The notes under the pieces: generated by a model
The model's input: only the letters and a program-made list of their open reading frames with translations
Told to the model about the DNA's origin: nothing
Database searches by the model: none
Made by a program: the position numbers and the translations under genes
In this document: one piece after another, positions 26,959 through 35,672 of the stretch
How positions within the stretch are numbered: position 1 is the stretch's first letter
Layout of the letters: each line of letters opens with the position of its first letter
Assembly: GCA_046484135.1 (NCBI GenBank)
Contig: JAWOBU010000067.1
Span: 1 to 62,803, forward strand
Direction: 5' to 3'
From: a bacterium
Lineage (GTDB): Bacteria; RBG-13-61-14; DATKZS01
DNA length: 62,803 bases

Positions 26959-27223
26959 TTGTTAAACTCCGTTTGGGCTGATACTAGCACGGCGGCCCGT
27001 TAACTTAAAACACTTGTATCTTGTGGGTGCGAAAAAACCGGCAGCTCCTCTGCGCTGTTTGAAAAATCCAATCGCCGTTGTAACATATATAAGCAAGCAC
27101 CGATCCCGGAAGCTGTGTTCCTGTCCCGCTTTCCCTGGACCATACACTTGAAAAGAAAACCGGCGGGACGTTTCCTTCCGGCAGTTTGACGACACCATCT
27201 TTTGATCCGCAGGAAAGTCTTTT

Positions 27224-27982
27224 ATGAAAAAGCTTCCCGTACTGATCTCCATTCCTCACGGAGGGCTCGCAATCCCGCCCGAACTTGACGAAAGAGTGGT
27301 GCTGGACGAACACGAGATTTTCGGCGAGGCTGATGCTCATACACGGGAAATCTACACCCTTTCCGGCCTGGTCCAAAAGGTCTGCGACTTTGATATCGCC
27401 CGGGTGTTCATAGACTTGAACCGTCCGCCCGATTCGCTTCCACCGGAGAAAGAGGACGGCGTCATAAAGGACATCACCACCTATGGGGTAAAGATTTACC
27501 GGGGAGGTAGCGAGCCGGACCCTGATATCTCCGCCGCTTTGCTGGACCAATATTACTGGCCCTATCATCGCAAGATCGTGAAGGCACAGGAGGAAGATAG
27601 TATCGAGCTTGGCCTGGACTGCCACTCCATGGCGGCGGTGGCGCCGCCAACCGCGCATGATGCGGGATCGGAAAGGCCGCTTATATGTCTGGGAGACGTG
27701 CACGGAGAATCCAGTCCGTCAGAGACCACCGAGTCCTTCCGGGAATGCTTGGCGGAGGCGCTTGCCATGGACAAAGAAGAGATCGCCTTAAACAAGCCCT
27801 TTGCCGGCGGCCACATCACCCGGACCTATGGAAGCGGAGATGTCCCCTGGATCCAGATCGAAATAAGCAGGGCCCTCTACTTGAAACCGGGCGCTCATCC
27901 CTCCAGCATCAATCCCGAAGACAACGGCATTAAAAAGCTGAACCAGGCAATGGAAAAAGCGCTCCGGCTGTTTTTCGAATAA
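27224..27982 (+). CDS. N-formylglutamate amidohydrolase-family protein
   Basis: MKKLPVLISIPHGGLAIPPEL, DxHT block (EADAHT), LDCHSM block. Confidence 0.7.
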   Translation: MKKLPVLISIPHGGLAIPPELDERVVLDEHEIFGEADAHTREIYTLSGLVQKVCDFDIARVFIDLNRPPDSLPPEKEDGVIKDITTYGVKIYRGGSEPDPDISAALLDQYYWPYHRKIVKAQEEDSIELGLDCHSMAAVAPPTAHDAGSERPLICLGDVHGESSPSETTESFRECLAEALAMDKEEIALNKPFAGGHITRTYGSGDVPWIQIEISRALYLKPGAHPSSINPEDNGIKKLNQAMEKALRLFFE

Positions 27983-28000
27983 ACTTTTTTAAGAGAGAAC

Positions 28001-28468
28001 ATGACGGACAAGTTGAAAATACTTTTTCTTTGTACCGGCAACTCCTGCCGGAGCCAGATGGCTGAGGGTTTCGCCCGGCACCTGCGGAGCCAGGATATAG
28101 AGGCATACTCCGCGGGCACCGCTCCTTCCACTGTGGACCCGCAGGCCATCAAGATCATGAAGGAAGCGGGGGTGGACATCTCCGGCCGGCGCTCAAAGCA
28201 CGTCTCCGAGGTCACGGACGTGGACTTCGACTACGTGGTTACCCTTTGCGACAACGCGCGCCAGTCCTGCCCCCTGTTTCCGGGCAAAGCCAAGGTGGTC
28301 CACATCGGGGTCGAGGACCCTTCTTCACAGGGCTTTGAAGCGCCGGAACATGAGAAGCTCGCGAAGTACCGCGAGGTCAGGGACGGCATAAAAGAGATGG
28401 TGCTTGCCATCCCCGCTGTTCTCGAAGAACATGATGCAGGGTTGATACTGGATGTCGAACAACCATAA
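28001..28468 (+). CDS. arsC: Arsenate reductase, thioredoxin-coupled LMW-PTP type
   Basis: P-loop KILFLCTGNSCRSQMAEG plus the downstream Cys pair in VVTLCDNARQSCPLFPG. Confidence 0.8.
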   Translation: MTDKLKILFLCTGNSCRSQMAEGFARHLRSQDIEAYSAGTAPSTVDPQAIKIMKEAGVDISGRRSKHVSEVTDVDFDYVVTLCDNARQSCPLFPGKAKVVHIGVEDPSSQGFEAPEHEKLAKYREVRDGIKEMVLAIPAVLEEHDAGLILDVEQP

Positions 28469-29423
28469 AGATACTCCCATTCCCGAGAAGGACCAGGAAC
28501 AGGACCAGCCGCATGACCACAGCTTGCGGTCGCTCTCCCGCAAGCTCCTGTTCTGGGCCCTTTTTATAAACCTGGTTTTTCTTGTCGTCGAGGTGGTGGG
28601 AGGAATAATAACCAACAGCCTGGCCCTGCTGGCGGACGCCGGCCATATGCTTACCGACGTGGCAGCGTTGGCCCTTGCGCTGGTGGTCTCCTTTCTGGCG
28701 GCAAAGCCGGCCACCGCGGAAAAAACCTACGGCCTGCTCCGGGCGGAGGTCCTGGGCGCTTTTGTAAACGGGGCCTCCCTGGTCCTTATCGTGGGGCTTA
28801 TCCTGCGGGAAGCATGGCTCCGGATCGGGACCTCGCCCGAGATTGACGCGCCGCTGATGCTGGGGGTGGCCTCGCTCGGGCTCGTGGCGAACCTGGTCAG
28901 CGCTTTCATTCTCAACAAGGGAGACAAGGACAACGTGAACGTGCGGGGAGCGTTCCTCCACATGGTAGCCGACGCCCTGGGATCGGTGGGCGCAATCGTG
29001 GCGGGCGTGGTCATCTGGACCACCGGCTGGACCCTGATTGATCCCATCGCCAGCGTAATAATCTCGGTCCTTATCCTGTGGAGCGGCTGGGGCCTTATAA
29101 AGCGGACCATCAACATCCTTTTGGAAGCGACCCCTGAGAACATAGACTACCACGAGGTCAAGCAATCGCTCGAGTACCTGGAGAACGTGGAGAGCGTGCA
29201 CGACCTGCACATCTGGACCATATCTTCGGGGGTGCCTATACTGTCCGCCCACATCAGCCTGCCTCCCCACTGCTTCAACAGCGACCAGTGGTCCGAATGC
29301 CTGGCAGACGCCCGTCATCTTCTGCAAGAGAGCTTCGGAATCAAACACACCACCATCCAGGTGGAGCCTCCCAAGTCCGAATCGGAAAAACAGTGCCGGC
29401 TCATTAAAGATGATGATCATTGA
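28452..29423 (+). CDS. Cation diffusion facilitator (CzcD/ZitB-like) metal efflux transporter
   Basis: His-rich N-terminus, six TM helices, SLALLADAGHMLTD and FLHMVADALGSVG motifs, and a C-terminal cytoplasmic domain. Overlaps arsC by 17 nt. Confidence 0.9.
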   Translation: MSNNHKDTPIPEKDQEQDQPHDHSLRSLSRKLLFWALFINLVFLVVEVVGGIITNSLALLADAGHMLTDVAALALALVVSFLAAKPATAEKTYGLLRAEVLGAFVNGASLVLIVGLILREAWLRIGTSPEIDAPLMLGVASLGLVANLVSAFILNKGDKDNVNVRGAFLHMVADALGSVGAIVAGVVIWTTGWTLIDPIASVIISVLILWSGWGLIKRTINILLEATPENIDYHEVKQSLEYLENVESVHDLHIWTISSGVPILSAHISLPPHCFNSDQWSECLADARHLLQESFGIKHTTIQVEPPKSESEKQCRLIKDDDH

Positions 29424-29453
29424 AAGATTTTTACCTGTAAAGGAAGGAAAGCC

Positions 29454-30863
29454 ATGAACGAAGTCCCTAAGGTACGGCTGTTGCACGAAGTGGATACCGC
29501 ACGGGTATTGAAAGAAGCGCTCTCGCGCGGCGGGTCCTTTGCGGACCTGTTCGCGGAGGAGAAGGCGAGCACCCTGATCGAGATCGAGGCCGAGCGGGTC
29601 GAGCGTCTCATCCGGGGAAGCCGCTCCGGCGCGGGCGTGCGGGTCATCCATAACCACCGGACCTCCTACAGCTACTCCGACCTGCTTGCTGAGTCCGCTC
29701 TTCTCGACTGCGCCCGCACCAGCTCGCTCGCGGTAAAAAACGGCGAAGCAGGGGCATCCGTCAAGACCGGTCCCGGTTGGTCTTCACATTACCTCCCGGT
29801 AAAAGAACCGCCCGCCGATTGCAGGATAGAGGACAAGCTCGACATCATGTGGAAAGCGGAAAAGGCGGCCCGGAATCATGATAAGCGCATCCGGCAGGTG
29901 AGGGTGATCTACTCCGACCAGCTTCGAACCGTGGCGATAGCCGACAACAGCGGCGAGATGAAAACCGACGCAGTGAACTATGTCATCTTCTACGTAGTGG
30001 CCATTGCGGGGGACGACACAGGTATCCAGGTGGCCCACGAATCGCTGGGCGGGACCATGGGAATGGAGATTTTCCACGAGCGGGACCCGGAGGAAATGGC
30101 GGTAACCGCGGCTCGGCGGGCGGTGGCGAACCTGGAGGCCCGGCCCGCGCCGGGCGGGACCATGCCGGTGGTGCTGGCGTCGGAGGCCGGCGGGACCATG
30201 ATCCACGAAGCGATCGGGCACGGGATCGAGGCCGACCTTGCCGAGCAGGGTTTAAGCGTGTACTGCGGCCGGGTGGGCGAAGAAGTAGCTTCTCCCCTTG
30301 TCACCGTGGTGGACGATGCTACTCTGGCCGGTAAGAGAGGGACCTTCTCGATTGACGACGAGGCATCGCCCGCCCAAAGGACCGTGCTGGTGGAAAACGG
30401 AGTGCTCAAAGGATACATGTACGACAAGCGCATGGCAATGAAGTACGGGCTCGAGTCCACCGGAAACGGCAGGAAGGAGTCATACGCCCATCCGCCCATA
30501 GTACGCATGTCCAACACCATGATCGAAGCCGGAGAGTCCAAGCCGGAAGATATCATCGCGTCCGTGGACCGCGGCTTCCTGGTCAGGCGCATGGGAGGCG
30601 GACAGGTAAACACCGTGAACGGCGACTTCGTGTTCGAGGTCGAAGAAGGCTGGCTCATTGAAAACGGCGCCCCTTCCGAGCAGGTGCGGGGCGCGACCCT
30701 GACCGGAAACGGACCGCGCGTGTTAAAGGAAATAGACATGGTGGGAGACGACCCCGGATTCGGGATCGGCACCTGCGGAAAAGACGGTCAAGGGGTCCCG
30801 GTAGCGGACGCCCAGCCCACCCTGCGCATACCGGAGATCGTGGTGGGGGGAAGGATAGAGTAG
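29454..30863 (+). CDS. tldD: TldD-family metalloprotease
   Basis: 469 aa. HEAIGHGIEAD (HExxxH) and the C-terminal GDFVFEVEEGWLIENG..GATLTGN pattern. Confidence 0.85.
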   Translation: MNEVPKVRLLHEVDTARVLKEALSRGGSFADLFAEEKASTLIEIEAERVERLIRGSRSGAGVRVIHNHRTSYSYSDLLAESALLDCARTSSLAVKNGEAGASVKTGPGWSSHYLPVKEPPADCRIEDKLDIMWKAEKAARNHDKRIRQVRVIYSDQLRTVAIADNSGEMKTDAVNYVIFYVVAIAGDDTGIQVAHESLGGTMGMEIFHERDPEEMAVTAARRAVANLEARPAPGGTMPVVLASEAGGTMIHEAIGHGIEADLAEQGLSVYCGRVGEEVASPLVTVVDDATLAGKRGTFSIDDEASPAQRTVLVENGVLKGYMYDKRMAMKYGLESTGNGRKESYAHPPIVRMSNTMIEAGESKPEDIIASVDRGFLVRRMGGGQVNTVNGDFVFEVEEGWLIENGAPSEQVRGATLTGNGPRVLKEIDMVGDDPGFGIGTCGKDGQGVPVADAQPTLRIPEIVVGGRIE

Positions 30864-30925
30864 ACTTGTAAAAAGTGGTTCTTCCGGTTTTTGGCTACCT
30901 GCAGGCAACAGTTCACTCGCCTCCC

Positions 30926-31111
30926 GATACCCCACACAACTTGTTGTGTGGGCAGGCGCGCATAGGGCGCCTGCAGGTACTCTGTAACCGGGCTTGCATC
31001 ATTTCTTTCGGCGTTGCTCATGTCAAAAAAGCAAAAGGCCTTATCAGCACAACCTTGGGGCCTCCTCTCCCATGATCTTCGATCCCCACACAACAAGTTG
31101 TGTGGACCATC
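30926..31111. repeat. Palindrome-bounded ~186-bp interspersed element, copy 1 (REPIN/BIME-like doublet)
   Basis: CCCACACAACTTGTTGTGTGGG at 30931-30952, and its reverse-complement form CCACACAACAAGTTGTGTGG at 31086-31105. Shares flank and internal blocks with the inverted copy at 55341-55521. Confidence 0.8.
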
Positions 31112-31260
31112 CTTCAAGGAGAAAGCGGTGCATCTATCGAGCATGGATACTCTTACCGAGTTTTCCATTGGCCTCCAATTCATGAGCAGAAAAGGCTGGA
31201 GACGAGCTCCTGAAAAATTAAGAGCAGAAAACATATGAAGCTCGTTTTATAACCGCTACC

Positions 31261-31289
31261 TTGACTTTGCCCTCTTCCGGCTATATCAT
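31261..31289 (+). promoter_or_regulatory. Sigma70-like promoter candidate for the ffh operon
   Basis: TTGACT (31261-31266), 17 nt, TATCAT (31284-31289); about 64 nt upstream of the ffh ATG. Confidence 0.4.
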
Positions 31290-31352
31290 TATTATTTTTA
31301 GAAAATACGAAGTGAAAACTTAATTGATACCAAGGCGGAGGAGTTGTTTCTC

Positions 31353-32690
31353 ATGTTCGAGAACCTTTCCGACAAGCTGACCCAGACTTTCAAGGACCTG
31401 CGTGGGCAGGGCAAGCTTTCCGAAAAAAACATGGAGGCGGCCCTGAAGGAGATACGTACGCACCTTCTGGAAGCGGACGTTAACTATGGGGTGGCCAAGC
31501 GGTTCTTGAACGACATAAAAGAGGAAGCCGTAGGCCAGAAGGTCATGGAGAGCCTGACTCCCGGGCAGCAGTTCGTAAAGATATTCCACAACAAGCTGAT
31601 CGAGCTCATGGGAGAGTCGCTCTCCGAGCTTAACCTGAAGACAGCGCCGCCGGCGGTGATCATGCTGGTGGGGCTGCAGGGCTCGGGTAAAACCACCACC
31701 GCGGGCAAGATCGCCCGCTTTTTGCGGGAGGACAAGAAACGCTCCCCCTTTCTGGTGCCCGCGGACGTGTACCGGCCCGCGGCAATTGAGCAGTTAAAGA
31801 CGGTGGCCGGCAAGGTGGAGGTGCCTTACTTTGACTCCAACACCGACCAGGACCCGGTCTGGATTTGCGAAAAGGCCCTGGAAGAGGCCAAAAAGCTCTC
31901 CCACGATACCGTGATCATAGACACCGCGGGACGGCTGCACGTGGACGAGACCCTGATGAACGAGCTCCGGAACATAAAAGACCGGGTCAAGCCGGTCGAG
32001 ACCCTGCTGGTGGCTGACGCCATGACCGGACAGGACGCCGTGGGGGTGGCCGAGGCCTTTAACGAAGCAGTGGACCTCTCCGGCGTGGTCCTGACCAAGC
32101 TGGACGGAGACGCCCGCGGAGGAGCGGCGCTTTCCATCAAGGCGGTAACCGGCAAGCCCGTCAAGCTGGTGGGAACGGGCGAGAATTACGACGCCCTCGA
32201 GCCCTTCCATCCCGACCGCATAGCCAACCGCATCCTGGACATGGGCGACGTGCTCACCCTGATCGAAAAGGCGGAAAAGGCCTTTGACGAGAAGCAGGCC
32301 GCCCAGATGGAACGGAAGATGAAAAAGAACGAGTTCACCCTCGAAGACTTCCGTTCCGCGTTGCGCGAGATGAAAAAGATGGGGCCAATCGAGGACATCA
32401 TGAAAATGGTGCCCGGCATGGGCCCCCAGATGAAGAAGATAAAGGACATGCAGCCCGCGGAGAAAGAGCTTATAAGGATCGAGGCCATCATAAACTCCAT
32501 GACGCCCCAGGAGCGCCGGAACCACAAGGTGCTTAACGCCAGCAGAAGAAGAAGGATAGCCGCGGGCTCCGGCACCAGGGTCCAGGACGTAAACCGGCTG
32601 GTTAAAAACTACCAGGAAATGAAAAAGATGATGAAGAAAATGGCCGGCGGCAAGGGAAAGATGCCGTTTATGCAAGGGCTGGGAAGATAG
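31353..32690 (+). CDS. ffh: Signal recognition particle protein Ffh
   Basis: MFENLSDKLTQTFKDLRGQGKLSE.., GLQGSGKTTT, DTAGRL, TKLDGDARGGAALS, and a Met-rich M domain. ATG 31353 with GGCGGAGGAG upstream. Confidence 0.97.
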   Translation: MFENLSDKLTQTFKDLRGQGKLSEKNMEAALKEIRTHLLEADVNYGVAKRFLNDIKEEAVGQKVMESLTPGQQFVKIFHNKLIELMGESLSELNLKTAPPAVIMLVGLQGSGKTTTAGKIARFLREDKKRSPFLVPADVYRPAAIEQLKTVAGKVEVPYFDSNTDQDPVWICEKALEEAKKLSHDTVIIDTAGRLHVDETLMNELRNIKDRVKPVETLLVADAMTGQDAVGVAEAFNEAVDLSGVVLTKLDGDARGGAALSIKAVTGKPVKLVGTGENYDALEPFHPDRIANRILDMGDVLTLIEKAEKAFDEKQAAQMERKMKKNEFTLEDFRSALREMKKMGPIEDIMKMVPGMGPQMKKIKDMQPAEKELIRIEAIINSMTPQERRNHKVLNASRRRRIAAGSGTRVQDVNRLVKNYQEMKKMMKKMAGGKGKMPFMQGLGR

Positions 32691-32761
32691 AAATCACCGG
32701 TCCTTAAGGTACCGGCCTGATAATCGGGAAGCATAAATACTCTGAAGGAGAAGAAAAGAAA

Positions 32762-33061
32762 ATGGCGGTAAAGCTGAGACTGGCCCGCAAGGGAACAACC
32801 AAAAGACCTTTTTACTGGATCGTGGCCCAGGACGTAAAGATGGCGAGAAACGGCAGGTTCCTGGAAAAGCTGGGTATCTACAACCCCAGAACCGACCCGT
32901 CTTCCCTGGAGATGAAAAGCGACCGGATAAACCTGTGGCTCGACAAGGGCGCGGTGCCCACTCCGCCGGTCCGGGCCCTGCTCCGCCAGTACGGAATTCT
33001 CAAGGCCAGGGCCGGAGAATCACCGGAGAAAGCGGAAAGCTCGGAAACCGCGGAAGCCTGA
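32762..33061 (+). CDS. rpsP: 30S ribosomal protein S16
   Basis: MAVKLRLARKGTTKRPFYWIVAQDVKMARNGRFLEKLGIYNP. Confidence 0.95.
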   Translation: MAVKLRLARKGTTKRPFYWIVAQDVKMARNGRFLEKLGIYNPRTDPSSLEMKSDRINLWLDKGAVPTPPVRALLRQYGILKARAGESPEKAESSETAEA

Positions 33062-33087
33062 ACTCTTAGTTTCTGGGGAATGGATTA

Positions 33088-33333
33088 ATGGAAGGAAACG
33101 ACTTCATAGTGGACCTGATCGCTTACGTTGCCCGGTCGCTGGTGGACAAGCCGGAAGAAGTAGAGGTCAGCCGTTCGCAAAGCGACCGTTCCGTGGTGTA
33201 CGAGCTTCGGGTCTCCGAACAGGACCGGGGCCGGGTGATCGGCAAGGAAGGCCAGACCATCCAGGCGTTGCGGCTTCTTATCAAGGCCGCTGCCGGCTCT
33301 GACGAAAAACCGGTCCTGGAGATACCCGGTTGA
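33088..33333 (+). CDS. KH-domain RNA-binding protein (YlqC/UPF0109 family)
   Basis: 81 aa, ..DRGRVIGKEGQTIQALRLLI.. (GxxG KH motif), in the conserved position between rpsP and rimM. Confidence 0.8.
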   Translation: MEGNDFIVDLIAYVARSLVDKPEEVEVSRSQSDRSVVYELRVSEQDRGRVIGKEGQTIQALRLLIKAAAGSDEKPVLEIPG

Positions 33334-33361
33334 CGGATGCCTTTTATGAGGTGGCCTTGCC

Positions 33362-33895
33362 GTGCAGAACGAAAAGTGGATACCGCTGGGAGTGGTTGGC
33401 AGGCCGTTCGGGATAAAGGGCGAAATCAAACTGAAACCCTATAACCCTGATACAACCTGGTTCGATCACGCGGAGGGAGTATGGGTAAGGGAGAACGAGG
33501 TCTCCGAGCCGACCTTTTATCCTCTGGTCCGCTCCCGCCGCCATAAAGAATTCATCCTCCTGACACTTAAAGGAATCCACGGCCGCGATGAAGCCGAACG
33601 GCTGAAAGGCTCGGAAGCAGTGGTCCCCGAAGACAAACTGGAGCCTCTCTCCGAAGACGAGTATTACTGGTACCACCTTATCGGACTCCGGGTCGAGGAC
33701 ACCGAGGGCAGACATATAGGAGAAGTGGTCCGCATGGAGCCCACCGCTCCAAGCGCAGGCGGCAACGACCTGTTCGTGGTCAGAGGAGATAAAGGCGAGA
33801 TTTTGATACCGGCCTCTGACCCGCCGGTGAAGGACATCTCGCAAGAACAAGGCAGGATGCTGATAGAACCCGATTATTACACCGGGCCGGGATAA
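33362..33895 (+). CDS. rimM: 16S rRNA processing protein RimM
   Basis: GTG start. [22 protein letters not shown].., PRC-barrel C-terminus. Synteny with trmD. Confidence 0.9.
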   Translation: MQNEKWIPLGVVGRPFGIKGEIKLKPYNPDTTWFDHAEGVWVRENEVSEPTFYPLVRSRRHKEFILLTLKGIHGRDEAERLKGSEAVVPEDKLEPLSEDEYYWYHLIGLRVEDTEGRHIGEVVRMEPTAPSAGGNDLFVVRGDKGEILIPASDPPVKDISQEQGRMLIEPDYYTGPG

Positions 33896-33905
33896 TTGGG
33901 GAACC

Positions 33906-34640
33906 ATGCGATTCGACCTGATCACCCTGTTCCCCGGAATGATGGAAGGCCCGCTTTCGGAGAGCATCCTGAAGAGGGCCAGAGAAGCCGGGCATATCCG
34001 GGTCCATGTTCATGACCTCCGGGAGTGGGCCGAGGGAAAGCACAGACAGGTAGACGACGCCCCCTTCGGCGGGGGCGACGGCATGGTCATAAAACCGGAA
34101 CCGCTGGTGCAAGCTGTCCGGGACATAAAAGCGAAAGCGCAAGAGAGCAAGACGGTGCTGCTCACGCCGCAAGGCGAGCTCTTTGAACAGAAGACCGCAC
34201 AAGAATGGTCGAGCCTGCCCGGGCTGATCCTGGTTTGCGGCCATTACGCCGGGGTGGACGAGCGGGCCCGCCAGGCGGTGATAGACCACGAGGTGTCCAT
34301 AGGCGATTACGTGATCTCGGGCGGCGAGCTGGCCGCCCTGGTGGTCCTGGACGCGGTGGCCCGGCAGATACCGGGCGTGCTGGGGAACGAGTCTTCCGCG
34401 GCCCGGGACTCTTTTCCGGGTCGGCTGGAATGGCCGCAGTACACGCGGCCGGCGGAGTTCGAGGGAAGGCCGGTCCCGGAGGTTCTGCTTTCCGGCCATC
34501 ATCAGAACATCGAAAGGTGGCGTAAGAAAGAAAGCCTCCGCCGGACCCTGTTGCGAAGGCCGGACCTGCTGGAGAAGTATCTTCCCGACGACGAGGAAAG
34601 AGAGCTTATGGAGGAAATCCGAAGAGAGCTGGAAGACTGA
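33906..34640 (+). CDS. trmD: tRNA (guanine37-N1)-methyltransferase
   Basis: [25 protein letters not shown].., [40 protein letters not shown]. Confidence 0.95.
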   Translation: MRFDLITLFPGMMEGPLSESILKRAREAGHIRVHVHDLREWAEGKHRQVDDAPFGGGDGMVIKPEPLVQAVRDIKAKAQESKTVLLTPQGELFEQKTAQEWSSLPGLILVCGHYAGVDERARQAVIDHEVSIGDYVISGGELAALVVLDAVARQIPGVLGNESSAARDSFPGRLEWPQYTRPAEFEGRPVPEVLLSGHHQNIERWRKKESLRRTLLRRPDLLEKYLPDDEERELMEEIRRELED

Positions 34641-34641
34641 G

Positions 34642-35229
34642 TTGTCGTCTGATGTATATATCGGGCTTTTGCATCATCCGGCCCTGGACAAGTCCGGAAA
34701 GACCGTTACCACTGCGGTAACCAACATGGACCTGCATGACCTGGCCCGGCTGGCGGCGACTTATAACATCCGGGCCTGCTACGTCATCCAGCCGCTCGAG
34801 CTGCAAAAGCGGCTGGTGAAAAAGCTGATCCGCCACTGGCAGGAAGGCAGGGGCGCGGAGTACAACCCGACCCGCAAACAGGCCTTCGAGCGAATGAGGT
34901 TGGTTGACTCTCTGGAAGAGGCAGCGGAAGACATAGAAGCCGGACAAGGACAACGGCCCCGGATAGTGGGGACTTCCGCGCGACCGGGGCTTGACACCGT
35001 GTCCTTTGCAGCGCTCCGGGAAAAGATGCAACACAAAGGACCATGGCTTGTCCTCTTTGGAACCGGATGGGGAACCCCGCCCGAGTTCCTGGAAAAGAAC
35101 GCCGACCTGGTGCTGGAGCCGATAAAAGGAGCGGAGGAGTACAACCATCTTTCCGTGCGCACCGCGGCCGCGGTGGTGATAGACCGGCTCCTGGCAGGGG
35201 GGGAGAGAAAAGAGACCCTGAAGACTTGA
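34642..35229 (+). CDS. Putative SPOUT-class RNA methyltransferase-like protein
   Basis: 195 aa, TTG start directly after the trmD stop. YIGLLHHPALDKSGKTVTTAVTNMDLHDLARLAATYNIRACYVIQP..HW..G..YNPTR resembles a predicted RNA methyltransferase family often found next to trmD/rplS (recollection, not verified). Confidence 0.5.
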   Translation: MSSDVYIGLLHHPALDKSGKTVTTAVTNMDLHDLARLAATYNIRACYVIQPLELQKRLVKKLIRHWQEGRGAEYNPTRKQAFERMRLVDSLEEAAEDIEAGQGQRPRIVGTSARPGLDTVSFAALREKMQHKGPWLVLFGTGWGTPPEFLEKNADLVLEPIKGAEEYNHLSVRTAAAVVIDRLLAGGERKETLKT

Positions 35230-35289
35230 GACCGGGCCGGCCTTGACCCGGACCGGCGGATAAGATAGTTTTTAAAAAGGAGTGAAGAT

Positions 35290-35637
35290 ATGTCGCGAGT
35301 TCAAGAAATCGAAAAATCCATGATGACGAAGAACCTGCCGGACTTCCGTCCCGGAGACATGGTCCGCGTGCATCAGCTCATCCAGGAGGGTGACAAGCAA
35401 AGGATCCAGGTTTTTGAGGGGGCGGTTCTCAAGATTCATCGCTCGGGTCTTAAAAGCACCTTTACAGTAAGAAAGGTGAGCTACGGCATCGGTGTGGAAA
35501 AGGTCTTTCCCATGTACTCTCCGTTGGTGGACAAGGTAGAGATCAAACAGCGGGGCAAAGTCCGGCGTTCCCGCCTTTATTACCTCCGCCAGCGCCGGGG
35601 CAAGGCGGCGCGGATCAAAGAGAAAAGGTCCACCTGA
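35290..35637 (+). CDS. rplS: 50S ribosomal protein L19
   Basis: ..LPDFRPGDMVRVHQLIQEGDKQRIQVFEGAVLKIHRSGLKSTFTVRKVSYGIGVEKVFPMYSP. Confidence 0.95.
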   Translation: MSRVQEIEKSMMTKNLPDFRPGDMVRVHQLIQEGDKQRIQVFEGAVLKIHRSGLKSTFTVRKVSYGIGVEKVFPMYSPLVDKVEIKQRGKVRRSRLYYLRQRRGKAARIKEKRST

Positions 35638-35672
35638 GCCGGACTTAATCTCCCCGGGGAGTCGGATACATC

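Noticed and set aside
28377-29657. 426-aa minus-strand ORF; similar long antisense ORFs at 22644-23915, 45775-46914, 41915-42862, 11292-12263 and 286-1419
   Set aside because: Each lies opposite a gene with strong family motifs (CDF transporter, GH31, gyrA, ftsK, SNF2, GT2). They are GC-rich antisense artefacts.
30931-30952. Possible integron attC site (CACAAC...GTTGTG resembles inverse-core/core sites)
   Set aside because: The sequence does not fit RYYYAAC/GTTRRRY. The palindrome is perfect, without extrahelical bases. There is no intI gene or cassette array.
30931-31105. Possible CRISPR array (repeat - unique sequence - repeat)
   Set aside because: There are only two repeat units per locus, and they are in inverted rather than direct orientation. 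They are separated by about 130 nt, which is far longer than spacers. There is no leader and no cas genes.
30864-31352. Possible SRP (4.5S) RNA gene next to ffh
   Set aside because: I could not find the conserved domain IV motif (..GGUCCGGAAGGAAGCAGC..-like) or a compatible long hairpin. The region is better explained by the interspersed element plus the ffh promoter.
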